Source of the DNA: an uncultured bacterium
GTDB taxonomy: Bacteria; Babelota; Babeliae; Babelales; Babelaceae
Assembly (NCBI GenBank): GCA_963717435.1
Contig: OY970332.1
Location: forward strand, 160,001 to 224,000
Direction: 5' to 3'
Length of the DNA: 64,000 nt
Below the pieces are notes generated by a model. It was not told the origin of the DNA, made no database searches, and saw nothing but the letters and a program-made list of their open reading frames with translations. The translations under genes were made by a program, and so were the position numbers. The first letter of the stretch is position 1. The number at the start of each line of letters is the position of its first letter. Below, one piece after another: positions 29,381 through 37,778 of this stretch.

Positions 29381-31108
29381 ATGAAGAAAAATCTAATCTT
29401 AATAGCTGTATTTATAAATATAATTTTTATAAATACAGCTAATTCTAAAAGCTTAAATTATAACATTTTTGGATATGCGATTAATTCTCCAATAGGGGTT
29501 GCTGCATGCCCGATAACAACAAGTAAGGGTATAAAATCTATATCAAAAATGGGTTATGATATTATAACTTATAAGACAATTAGAAGCTGCGAACAACAGT
29601 GTCATAAGGCTCCTAATATTTTTTTTGTAGACTGCAAAAGAAAAATTAGGAGATCTGATATTTGTGGAAAATTTTGTGCAGTTGGCGAACATGAACCAAC
29701 TGATCTGATAAAAAGAGATAATAGTGATAGTTGCTCTGACGAATTTTTAGATAATTTAACAATTACTAATTCTTTTGGGATAAGTTCTCAAGATCCAGAA
29801 GAAACAATTAGGGACATAAAATTAAGCAGAGAAATGCTTCAAGATGGCCAGGTCTTAATAGTATCTGTTTATGGTTCAGGAAATACATCCTCCTGCGCTA
29901 AAGCTCCGGAGGACAGGAAAGAACAGATAGATGACTTTGTAAAAACAGCAAAAATAGCTGTTGCAGGTGGCGCCCAGATTATCGAAGCTAATTTATCCTG
30001 CCCCAATATTGCGGACAATCAAAAACTTATATACCAGGACCCAATATTGGTCCATGACATTTGCAGAGCCATAAATCAAGAGATCCCCGAGATTCCGTTA
30101 ATTGTAAAAATTGGTTTGTGTGAAAATTTAGATATCATGAAAGATATTTTTGTCGCTGCACATAACGGCGGAGCTAAGGGAATATGTGGAATAAATACTG
30201 TGCCTGTCAGTGTTGTTGACGAATTGGAAAGACCAGTATTTGATGAACAAAGAAAGATGAGCGGACTATCAGGTTCTGCCATATTTGATTTAACTTTAGA
30301 ATTTGTAAAAAATGCAAAAAAAATAATTAAAGAAGAAAAATTAGATCTAAAATTATTTGCAACTGGAGGCGTCACAAGATGGCAGCAGTTTGATATCTTA
30401 CTTGCTGCAGGCGCAGATATTGTGCAGTGCGCAACTGGTGCGATGTGGAACAAAACTCTTGCGTTAGATTATCATAGTAATCATAGTTCAAAAAATTGTG
30501 ACCCAGAAAAAGTGGATCTGATTAAAACACTTTTTGGTATCGAAGCAATAAAAATTAAAGATATACAAATAAAAAGTGGCGCAATATCACCGATATATTT
30601 TGATATGAGATTAATTATCTCATACCCAGAAGTTTTAAAGCATATTGCGATAGAACTTAAAAAATTATTATCAAAATATAAGTTCGATATCGTCTGTGGG
30701 GTGCCATACGCTGCTGTGCCGCTAGCAACCAGCGTCTCTTTGCTTGGCAAATATTCTATGATCATGCATAGAAAAGAGGTAAAATCTTACGGCACCAAAA
30801 AAACTATAGAAGGCAATTATTCACAAGATAATATTTGCGCCGTAATTGAAGATGTAATTACAACAGGTTCCAGTATTTTAGAAACAGTAAAAGTTTTAGA
30901 AAATAATGGCTTAATTATTAATGATATTTTTGTACTTATCGATCGAGAACAGAACGGCGTTGAAAATGTTCAAAAACATGGCTACAAAGTTCACCCATTA
31001 TTTACGATCACCGAGATACTACAAGTTTTACTTGCCGAAAAACTTATCACTCATAACCAGTTTGCTACAATCAAACAGTTTTGCCTGGATAACAAAATTA
31101 ACATATAA
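29381..31108 (+). CDS. Class 1 dihydroorotate dehydrogenase-like domain fused to an OPRT domain, with a signal-peptide-like N-terminus
   Basis: PIGVAA, YKT, EANLSCPN (catalytic Cys), INT, GLSG, TGGV; C-terminal KSG..SPIYFDMR...IEDVITTG. Confidence 0.85.
   Translation: MKKNLILIAVFINIIFINTANSKSLNYNIFGYAINSPIGVAACPITTSKGIKSISKMGYDIITYKTIRSCEQQCHKAPNIFFVDCKRKIRRSDICGKFCAVGEHEPTDLIKRDNSDSCSDEFLDNLTITNSFGISSQDPEETIRDIKLSREMLQDGQVLIVSVYGSGNTSSCAKAPEDRKEQIDDFVKTAKIAVAGGAQIIEANLSCPNIADNQKLIYQDPILVHDICRAINQEIPEIPLIVKIGLCENLDIMKDIFVAAHNGGAKGICGINTVPVSVVDELERPVFDEQRKMSGLSGSAIFDLTLEFVKNAKKIIKEEKLDLKLFATGGVTRWQQFDILLAAGADIVQCATGAMWNKTLALDYHSNHSSKNCDPEKVDLIKTLFGIEAIKIKDIQIKSGAISPIYFDMRLIISYPEVLKHIAIELKKLLSKYKFDIVCGVPYAAVPLATSVSLLGKYSMIMHRKEVKSYGTKKTIEGNYSQDNICAVIEDVITTGSSILETVKVLENNGLIINDIFVLIDREQNGVENVQKHGYKVHPLFTITEILQVLLAEKLITHNQFATIKQFCLDNKINI
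29888..29913 (-). repeat. In-frame palindromic insertion inside the DHODH gene
   Basis: Minus strand tcctcc gga gct tt agc gca ggagga, same architecture as the core at 18185-18210. Confidence 0.7.
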
Positions 31109-31171
31109 ATAAGTAAATAGGGCCCGAGATTGGGCCCTATTGCTTTAAACACAAAAATTATTATTAAAAAT

Positions 31172-32041
31172 TTATACTGACACTTGTGTTTGTGCGTCTT
31201 CGATTTTTGTATACTCAGATTGTTCTTCAAATAAATTGGAAAGCTCCATGGCGCGGGCAAGTCGCGTTAAGCCGATACCACCACCAAATCTTTCGATCAT
31301 CTGTAAAGACAAGTATTCATCAAGTTCTTTTAGTACTCTATCTTTGCCAAATTTTGAGAATAATAAGCTACAGTACTCGCCATTTTCTATAGTAAAAAAT
31401 CTTTCGCGCATGCGGTTAATATCTGTTTCTCTTTCTGCTGACCCAATAGTCTCCATGCCATGCAACAGGATATCTATTTTGCTATAAACGCCATCCCCTT
31501 CTGATTTCATGTTCCAAAATGGATTTGTATGCTCTGGAAATTTTTCAAGACTTATAGAACTACCATATTTTTTTGAAAGAGCAGTTTCATGTATAGCTTC
31601 AAGTATATCAGTTTCATAAGCTTGTGCGGCGCTTAAATAATCTATAGTGATTGGCAAATCGAAACCAAGAAATAGAAGAAGTTCTTCTTCAAGTTTTTTA
31701 AGTTCATCAAATGTTCCATGGGACTCAAACTCAAACATTGGAAACACTCTTTTATGACGACCCTCGATTGGGGTCGGCTCGTCGCGATAACTTGTTGTAA
31801 CACAAAATACGCCGGGCCAACTTGGATTTTTTAGCATCTCATATTCCAGCCACATCTGACCCGTCTGTGGGAGAGGGAAAACTTCGCCTCCAATACTATA
31901 CTCTGTTATGGTCTTGGGCTGCTCGCATGCTGCCAAAATCGACGTCCGTGATTGGGCCGGGACCTCTATAAAGCCCTTTTTTTCTTGAAAAAAATTACGC
32001 AACTTACGAACCATAAAGTTGTACTGTAATGTATTATTCAT
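31172..32041 (-). CDS. Class IIb (Asn/Asp) aaRS catalytic-domain-only paralog
   Basis: Motif 1 FFQEKKGFIEV, motif 2 SYRDEP...RH..FPMFEFE, ETIGSAERE, motif 3 GGGIGLTRL; no N-terminal OB anticodon-binding domain (289 aa). Confidence 0.8.
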   Translation of the reverse strand: MNNTLQYNFMVRKLRNFFQEKKGFIEVPAQSRTSILAACEQPKTITEYSIGGEVFPLPQTGQMWLEYEMLKNPSWPGVFCVTTSYRDEPTPIEGRHKRVFPMFEFESHGTFDELKKLEEELLLFLGFDLPITIDYLSAAQAYETDILEAIHETALSKKYGSSISLEKFPEHTNPFWNMKSEGDGVYSKIDILLHGMETIGSAERETDINRMRERFFTIENGEYCSLLFSKFGKDRVLKELDEYLSLQMIERFGGGIGLTRLARAMELSNLFEEQSEYTKIEDAQTQVSV

Positions 32042-32245
32042 AAAATACTCTCTCTTTTTTTTTGGGGGTTACTAAACGCCTCTTGTACTTTTTTTGCACA
32101 AATTGGAACTAATCTAGTGTTGGTGCAACTCAGTTGTCAACAAAAATTAATAAGATAAAAATAATTGAGTTTTTTACTTGCGAAGTAGTAAGTTAAGCGT
32201 GTTAGAATTTTACGCTAATTTATCAGAAAAAAAGTCTGGAGTTTT

Positions 32246-32803
32246 ATGCTGGCTTCAAAAAAATATCTGTATTTAATTATATTTGCTTACGCATTTTCTA
32301 CGTTCGCTCAAGGGATAATCGTACCCATATATGCATTTTTTGTTCAAAAAATTGGGGGCGGGCTTCTTGAAACTTCTTGGGCAATTTCGATCTATTCCAT
32401 AACAACTGGGGTGCTCACAATTTTGATACACAAAACTAAATGGAGCCATAAAAATAGAAAGCTTTGTTTGTGGCTGGGTTGGTTTTTGTGGCTACTCAGC
32501 GTGGGCATATACTTTATAATGAAAAATATTTTTATGTTATATATCTCACAAATATTAAACGCAATCGGCGACTCTATGGCTCAGCCAGCATTTGATGCTG
32601 AACTTTCTGAGATAGTAAGTGATGATTTATCAGGTGGCTGGGCGCTGTTTGATGGCACCATTAGTATTTTTTCTGGCATTGCAGCATTATTGGGAGGGTT
32701 TATTGCGACATATTACGGATTTGGTGTCTTAATAAATTGTGTAATTACGATGGCCGCGATTTCTTTTTCTATGATCGCTTATTATACATATGCAACTGAG
32801 TAA
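32246..32803 (+). CDS. Half-size MFS-like membrane protein
   Basis: About six TM helices, 'PIYAFFVQKIGG', 'AALLGGFIATYYGF'. Confidence 0.65.
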   Translation: MLASKKYLYLIIFAYAFSTFAQGIIVPIYAFFVQKIGGGLLETSWAISIYSITTGVLTILIHKTKWSHKNRKLCLWLGWFLWLLSVGIYFIMKNIFMLYISQILNAIGDSMAQPAFDAELSEIVSDDLSGGWALFDGTISIFSGIAALLGGFIATYYGFGVLINCVITMAAISFSMIAYYTYATE

Positions 32804-32816
32804 GTGGGTAAATAAT

Positions 32817-33692
32817 ATGAAAAAAATATTTTTTTTATTAGTTTTTTACAATTTAATAATCTTTTCAAGAGATGAAGACGAAGTTGGTCATGTCTTTGAA
32901 GGCAACTTAGCATTAAAATCATCGCAAGAGCCTGGCCCACTATTTTGTTTTGGACAGACGGTTATAGATAAAGGGGACAAACAACTTTATATTTTTGCAG
33001 ACGATCTTGGAGGCAAAAATAATAATTTTAGCGATATTGTTCCCTATTTTATTTATGGGGTATCAGATAAATTGGCTATTTCCTGTGGATTTCCATTTGC
33101 AGCAAAGTTTAAATCAGACAATTATTGTTCTTCAGGAATAGAAGATATATTTATCCAGGCAGAATATTCTTTTTACAACAAAGACAGCTCAAGATTTGCA
33201 AATCAGGCAACATTTCTAACCGCGCTTAGTTTGCCAACCGGATCAACCAAAAAAACACCTAATACGGGCCTGGGTTCTCCAACCCTGTTTTTTGGATTAA
33301 CAGCCACACACACTTCAGTGGACTGGTACGTTTTTGGTTCACCAGGAATATTATTTAACACAGGAAAAGCTCGCCTAGATGCCGGCCAAATTTATTACTA
33401 TCAATTTGGATTTGGAAGAAATTTGTATTATTTGCCCCATAAGAGATTAATAACTTTAATTCTTGAATTTTTTGGAGCAAGCTCTAAAAGCAGTAGTTCT
33501 TCTTCAGGCACATCGGGAACCGTTAACAAAAATTTAATTACAAGCGGATTTTATATTGGCCCATCTTTGTGGATCTCAACCCCCCAATTTATATTTAATC
33601 CGGGAATAGCTTTTAATGTAAGCAAGGGCAAGAGCAGTAGTGACAATTTAAAATACTTTTTTGCTGTCGAACTAGGTTATAAATTTAATTAA
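32817..33692 (+). CDS. Exported probable beta-barrel protein (likely start MKKIFF)
   Basis: Signal peptide, 'SGIEDIFIQAEY', 'LSLPTG', C-terminal 'VELGYKFN'. Confidence 0.65.
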   Translation: MKKIFFLLVFYNLIIFSRDEDEVGHVFEGNLALKSSQEPGPLFCFGQTVIDKGDKQLYIFADDLGGKNNNFSDIVPYFIYGVSDKLAISCGFPFAAKFKSDNYCSSGIEDIFIQAEYSFYNKDSSRFANQATFLTALSLPTGSTKKTPNTGLGSPTLFFGLTATHTSVDWYVFGSPGILFNTGKARLDAGQIYYYQFGFGRNLYYLPHKRLITLILEFFGASSKSSSSSSGTSGTVNKNLITSGFYIGPSLWISTPQFIFNPGIAFNVSKGKSSSDNLKYFFAVELGYKFN

Positions 33693-33951
33693 AAGTTAAA
33701 AGTTCTGTTGAGTTTTACATAAATTGCGTAGGCAAGCAAAACCGCTCGTCCCGAGTGATCACCGTAACGCAGTGGAGGTGATTGTATCGAGGGATGAGCA
33801 TTTTTTGCTCTTATAAAAATATATAAATTATTATGCAATATGCACTACCATCCCTCGATACATTTTTCTTCGCTATCGCTACGAAAAACACTCGGGACGA
33901 GCGGGGTTAATACTTTTTTGCTGTCGAACTAGGTTATAAATTTAATTAAAA
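33652..33951. mobile_element. Inverted pair of palindromic elements (33742-33796 +, 33849-33906 -) flanked by 43-bp direct repeats (33652-33694, 33909-33951)
   Basis: aatacttttttgctgtcgaactaggttataaatttaattaaaa identical on both sides; REPIN-like layout. Confidence 0.75.
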
Positions 33952-33952
33952 C

Positions 33953-33990
33953 TTAAGGGCTTATTTGTAGTTTTACAAATAAGCCCTTAA
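33953..33990. terminator. Bidirectional terminator
   Basis: Perfect 17-bp stem ttaagggcttatttgta-gttt-tacaaataagcccttaa. Confidence 0.75.
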
Positions 33991-34005
33991 TAACTAATAA
34001 TTTAT

Positions 34006-34536
34006 TTAACCAACTTTAATAAGTTCAACGTCGAAAACAAGATTTGCATTAGGTGGTATAACTCTGCCGGCGCCGCGTGAACCGTAGCCAAGAGCCGCTG
34101 GGATAAACAGACGACGTTTTTCGCCAAGCTTCATGCCAAGAACGCCTTCGTCCCATCCTGCAATAACATAGCCCAAACCTATCTTAAAACTAAATGGCTG
34201 ATTTCGGTCAACGCTGCTATCAAACTTAGAATTTAAATCTGGCTCGCCATTTTTTTCCAACCAACCAGTATAGTGCACAGCAACCTGCTGACCCGGCCTT
34301 GGATTTGCTCCAGAACCCTCTTTCAAAATTTCGTAACTTAATCCAGAGTCTGTTTTTTGTCGTGACATTTTAATATCCCCCTGCTGTTGTTTTTCTGTTT
34401 TCTTGCCAGCTTTATTAATTTTGCTAACTGTATCGGTATTATTACTGTTATTATTATCTAGTTTATTATTTTTATCGCATGCTGCCAATAATACACTCGA
34501 AAACATGAGACAGTTTAAGCCAATTATATTTTTCAT
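34006..34536 (-). CDS. FKBP-type peptidyl-prolyl isomerase, probable lipoprotein
   Basis: VHYTGWL, FDSSVDR, VIAGWDEG, GYG..G...IPPNANLVFDVEL; LAAC lipobox. Confidence 0.95.
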   Translation of the reverse strand: MKNIIGLNCLMFSSVLLAACDKNNKLDNNNSNNTDTVSKINKAGKKTEKQQQGDIKMSRQKTDSGLSYEILKEGSGANPRPGQQVAVHYTGWLEKNGEPDLNSKFDSSVDRNQPFSFKIGLGYVIAGWDEGVLGMKLGEKRRLFIPAALGYGSRGAGRVIPPNANLVFDVELIKVG

Positions 34537-34780
34537 AAATCTCTATTTTTATCTCTCTGTATAAATTTTACGCGATTTTTTACGCAGATAATATAAGATA
34601 TAAAAGTTTTTTCCACAAATCTTAAATTTAAATTACCCCAACTCTACAAAATTATAATTTTAATTATTTATGATCAGTGTAATATATTTTGTTTAAATTA
34701 TAATTTACTATAATTAATAATTATAAAAGTATATTAAAAACAAAACTAAACAAAATATAAAATACAGATCGGGATTATTT

Positions 34781-35017
34781 ATGGGAGTAAATATGTTTTC
34801 TCAAATCTTGAACAAATTAAGTGAGTACGGTGAAAGTCACCAAGCACTTTTTGCAATTATCGTTACCTTAAGTTTAATATCCATATCATGGGGCGTGGAA
34901 AGCATCTTGGAACAATACTTTTTTCCCCAAAAACCTGTCTATGGCTATATAATTGCAATCGCAATGGGAGTAATACTTTTATGGCTAACTAAGCACTATA
35001 TTTTGCACGAAATTTAG
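34781..35017 (+). CDS. Small two-TM membrane protein
   Basis: Two hydrophobic helices in a 78-aa ORF. Confidence 0.55.
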   Translation: MGVNMFSQILNKLSEYGESHQALFAIIVTLSLISISWGVESILEQYFFPQKPVYGYIIAIAMGVILLWLTKHYILHEI

Positions 35018-35020
35018 TTA

Positions 35021-36481
35021 TTATTTTAACTTAACTTTGTCACACTTAGAAACCAGAAAAGTCGTAAACTGCCACTCATCTTCGGGCCCAATAACAGTTT
35101 CGTCATTATATTCAAAATAGTTGGGTTTACGGGTGAGTGGTGACCACTCGACAGACTTTGATACAAATTTACCCAAATATGGCTTTGAAAATTTTAAAAT
35201 TTCTTCGTGATCAATATCGTCAGGTAAGCAAATCCCCTCATTTGGGTGATTAATCATATAACTAATCGAAGCAACGACAGAGACGGCAACCTGAACAGTT
35301 GTTGCATTTTGATGGGGAACCAATTTTCTTGCCTCATGAATATCAAGCAAGCTGCCGATCCACCAGGCTCTAAAATCATGCCCAAGCAAAAAACAACCCA
35401 GCTCGTCTTGACCATCAATAATATCGTCGTTTAAAATTCTCAATTTCGGTTGCATCTCAAGCTGACGCATTCTGAGTTCATATAACGACGCTATCGCAGA
35501 ATCAGAAAGACAATATGCATAATATACTGTCGGCCTGTATAGAGCGGCTCCATTTTCTCTGACAGTTAATCGCTCAGAAAGACCGTAAGCTTCTCCATGT
35601 CGTATGACCATGCCGATTATATCACCACTTGGAACCCAAGATCTTACAAGCGTATCTATGCCCATTGACTCAAGACAAACTTGATTTTGAGGCCCAGCTT
35701 TATGAAACATTGTGCCCTTTGGCGCAAATCGCTCGTGTGTTCCCCAGCCAAGTTCTGCCGGAGCTATCCCCTCTTCAAAGAGCCCTGGGATCGACCATGT
35801 GTTAACAAATTCGTTAACTTTTTTTGGATCAGATGTAATTTGGGAATCTCTTTCAGATATCTGAATAATTTTTAATCCGATAAGTTGGGCAAGCTTTGCA
35901 AAATTTTTGCTTTCTAAAGCCTTTTTTAGCTCGGGTATTCTTGTATCAGATTTTTTTTCTGCAATAATCTTTGATGCTATATCGCAAATTCCCTGCTTGG
36001 TAAAATGTGAAACCAAGCCAGGATTAGCACCATGATCGATAATAGCAGTTGCGCCTTTTTTGTTGGGCAAACTTTTTATAAAATCGATAATTTCCATCTG
36101 ACGGGAATATAGTGTTAATTCTCTTGGGTCTTTTGACTTTGCGTTTTTATACGGGTCCCAGAGCTCTACCGAGCTGTTAATATATTTTACATTATTTTCA
36201 TGGCACCATTTTAATACCGAGACAGTATCGATATCATAACCAAGATCAACAAAAACGTCCCCGGAAGAAAGATATTTTGGAAGCATAGTTTTGTAGTTTT
36301 CTTCTGTCAGCTTTTCTCGAACATAATTTACGCCTTTTTTTATTGGTTCTGAGATTCTGTGACTATTATCAACATAATCCATTACTGTTATATCTTTAGG
36401 AGAAACTGTTTTCAACTCTTTGATTAAAATTGGCAGAACGCATTGCGCCACTGAACCACTGCCGATCATAAAAATACGCAT
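35021..36481 (-). CDS. hss: Homospermidine synthase
   Basis: IGSGSV, HGANPGLVSHF, FVNTWS..G..EE, PAELGWGTHE, IRHGEA, DGQDELG, NATTVQVA. Confidence 0.92.
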   Translation of the reverse strand: MRIFMIGSGSVAQCVLPILIKELKTVSPKDITVMDYVDNSHRISEPIKKGVNYVREKLTEENYKTMLPKYLSSGDVFVDLGYDIDTVSVLKWCHENNVKYINSSVELWDPYKNAKSKDPRELTLYSRQMEIIDFIKSLPNKKGATAIIDHGANPGLVSHFTKQGICDIASKIIAEKKSDTRIPELKKALESKNFAKLAQLIGLKIIQISERDSQITSDPKKVNEFVNTWSIPGLFEEGIAPAELGWGTHERFAPKGTMFHKAGPQNQVCLESMGIDTLVRSWVPSGDIIGMVIRHGEAYGLSERLTVRENGAALYRPTVYYAYCLSDSAIASLYELRMRQLEMQPKLRILNDDIIDGQDELGCFLLGHDFRAWWIGSLLDIHEARKLVPHQNATTVQVAVSVVASISYMINHPNEGICLPDDIDHEEILKFSKPYLGKFVSKSVEWSPLTRKPNYFEYNDETVIGPEDEWQFTTFLVSKCDKVKLK

Positions 36482-36552
36482 CTTAACTAACCCTTTTTAT
36501 TTTAAATTTTAAGAACAAACGCTATAATTAATTTGTTAAATTTGATTTTTTA

Positions 36553-36607
36553 CCCGCTCGTGGTGAGTGTTTTTCGTAGCGAAGCGAAGAAAAATGTATC
36601 GAACCAT
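36553..36607 (+). repeat. Palindromic element family copy
   Basis: cccgctcg-tggt-gagtg-[tttttc gta gc gaa gc gaa gaaaaa]-tgtatcga-acca-t. Confidence 0.85.
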
Positions 36608-36683
36608 AAAAAATCAGTTAAAATAAACTTTAAAATTTTAATATACAATATATTTCTAATATTTCTATTACTCAAATACAAAC

Positions 36684-37778
36684 TTGAAGACCAAAAAAAT
36701 AATAAAGCTAACTCCGCCCAAAATTTCCATAAATAATATCAAAGAAAAGATTACCTGCATTCGTGCCCACAGGGAAAGAATTTTCAATGTTTCTTGTGAA
36801 ATTATAAATAACAAACTAGTTATTCACAATTATGGCCAAGGCGGTGCCGGCTGGACGTTTTTATTCGGCTGCGTTAACCAATCAGTAAGAGAACTTGAAA
36901 GAAAATTAAAACAAAAACTAAAAACAAATCCTGAGTTTAATAATAAAAATATTTCTGTTATCGGCGCCGGCTGTTATGGGCTATTAACTGCAATTATTTT
37001 GACACTTAGGGGATATTCTGTAGAAATTTTTGCAAAAGAGACAGAAACAATTTCTTCAAATAAAGCTGCCGGGTTCTTTTTCCCGAGAGCAAGAAAGTGC
37101 TCAACAGATGCTGAACGTGAAATTTTCAAATCTATGGGCCTGGAGTCTTATAGGACATATTTGGAAATTATTGATGGCAAGCACCCTTTTATTAAATCTG
37201 GCCCTAAAATATTACCCGCATACTTTGGGCCCGATATTGATCCAGGCTTTGCGCCCTATATAGAAAAAAATTTGGTAAATAAGCCAGAAGAAGTTTTAAT
37301 AGATTTTGGGAACGGCAAAGTCTACGATGCAATTCAATATAATACTGTTTTTGTTAACTCTGCAGGAATTATGCAAGAGTTGCACAGAAATATTAAAGAG
37401 CTAAACATAAAAATTACAAAACAAGAGATTAATAATTTTTCAGATATTAAAGATCAAATAATTTTTAACTGTTCAGGGCTGGGCGCAAAAGAACTTGCCA
37501 ATGACAAGAGAATTATTCCGGTTCAGGGACATTTAATAGCGCTAAAAAATCAGCCAGATATATCCCAACTTCAATACATGATAAATTTCAAAGTTACACA
37601 GCTTAACCCATCGGGAAGGCCAAGGGACGAACTTATATATTTTGCACCCAAAGAATCTGGAATATTGGGAATTACGTTTATTAGGGGTCAAGATTCACTT
37701 GTTGCAAACCAGCAGGAGTTTGATAGATTACTACAGCGTAGCCAAGATTTTTTTGGATTTTTTGGAGTTAGTTTATGA
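36684..37778 (+). CDS. D-amino-acid-oxidase-like FAD oxidoreductase with permuted motif order
   Basis: HNYGQGGAGWT..FGC precedes VIGAGCYG; IFNCSGLGA, PVQGH. Confidence 0.8.
   Translation: MKTKKIIKLTPPKISINNIKEKITCIRAHRERIFNVSCEIINNKLVIHNYGQGGAGWTFLFGCVNQSVRELERKLKQKLKTNPEFNNKNISVIGAGCYGLLTAIILTLRGYSVEIFAKETETISSNKAAGFFFPRARKCSTDAEREIFKSMGLESYRTYLEIIDGKHPFIKSGPKILPAYFGPDIDPGFAPYIEKNLVNKPEEVLIDFGNGKVYDAIQYNTVFVNSAGIMQELHRNIKELNIKITKQEINNFSDIKDQIIFNCSGLGAKELANDKRIIPVQGHLIALKNQPDISQLQYMINFKVTQLNPSGRPRDELIYFAPKESGILGITFIRGQDSLVANQQEFDRLLQRSQDFFGFFGVSL

Noticed and set aside
25273-33951. Gene 3'-end duplications as DGR template/variable repeats
   Set aside because: Copies are identical and short, with no adenine-specific mismatches and no reverse transcriptase in the window.
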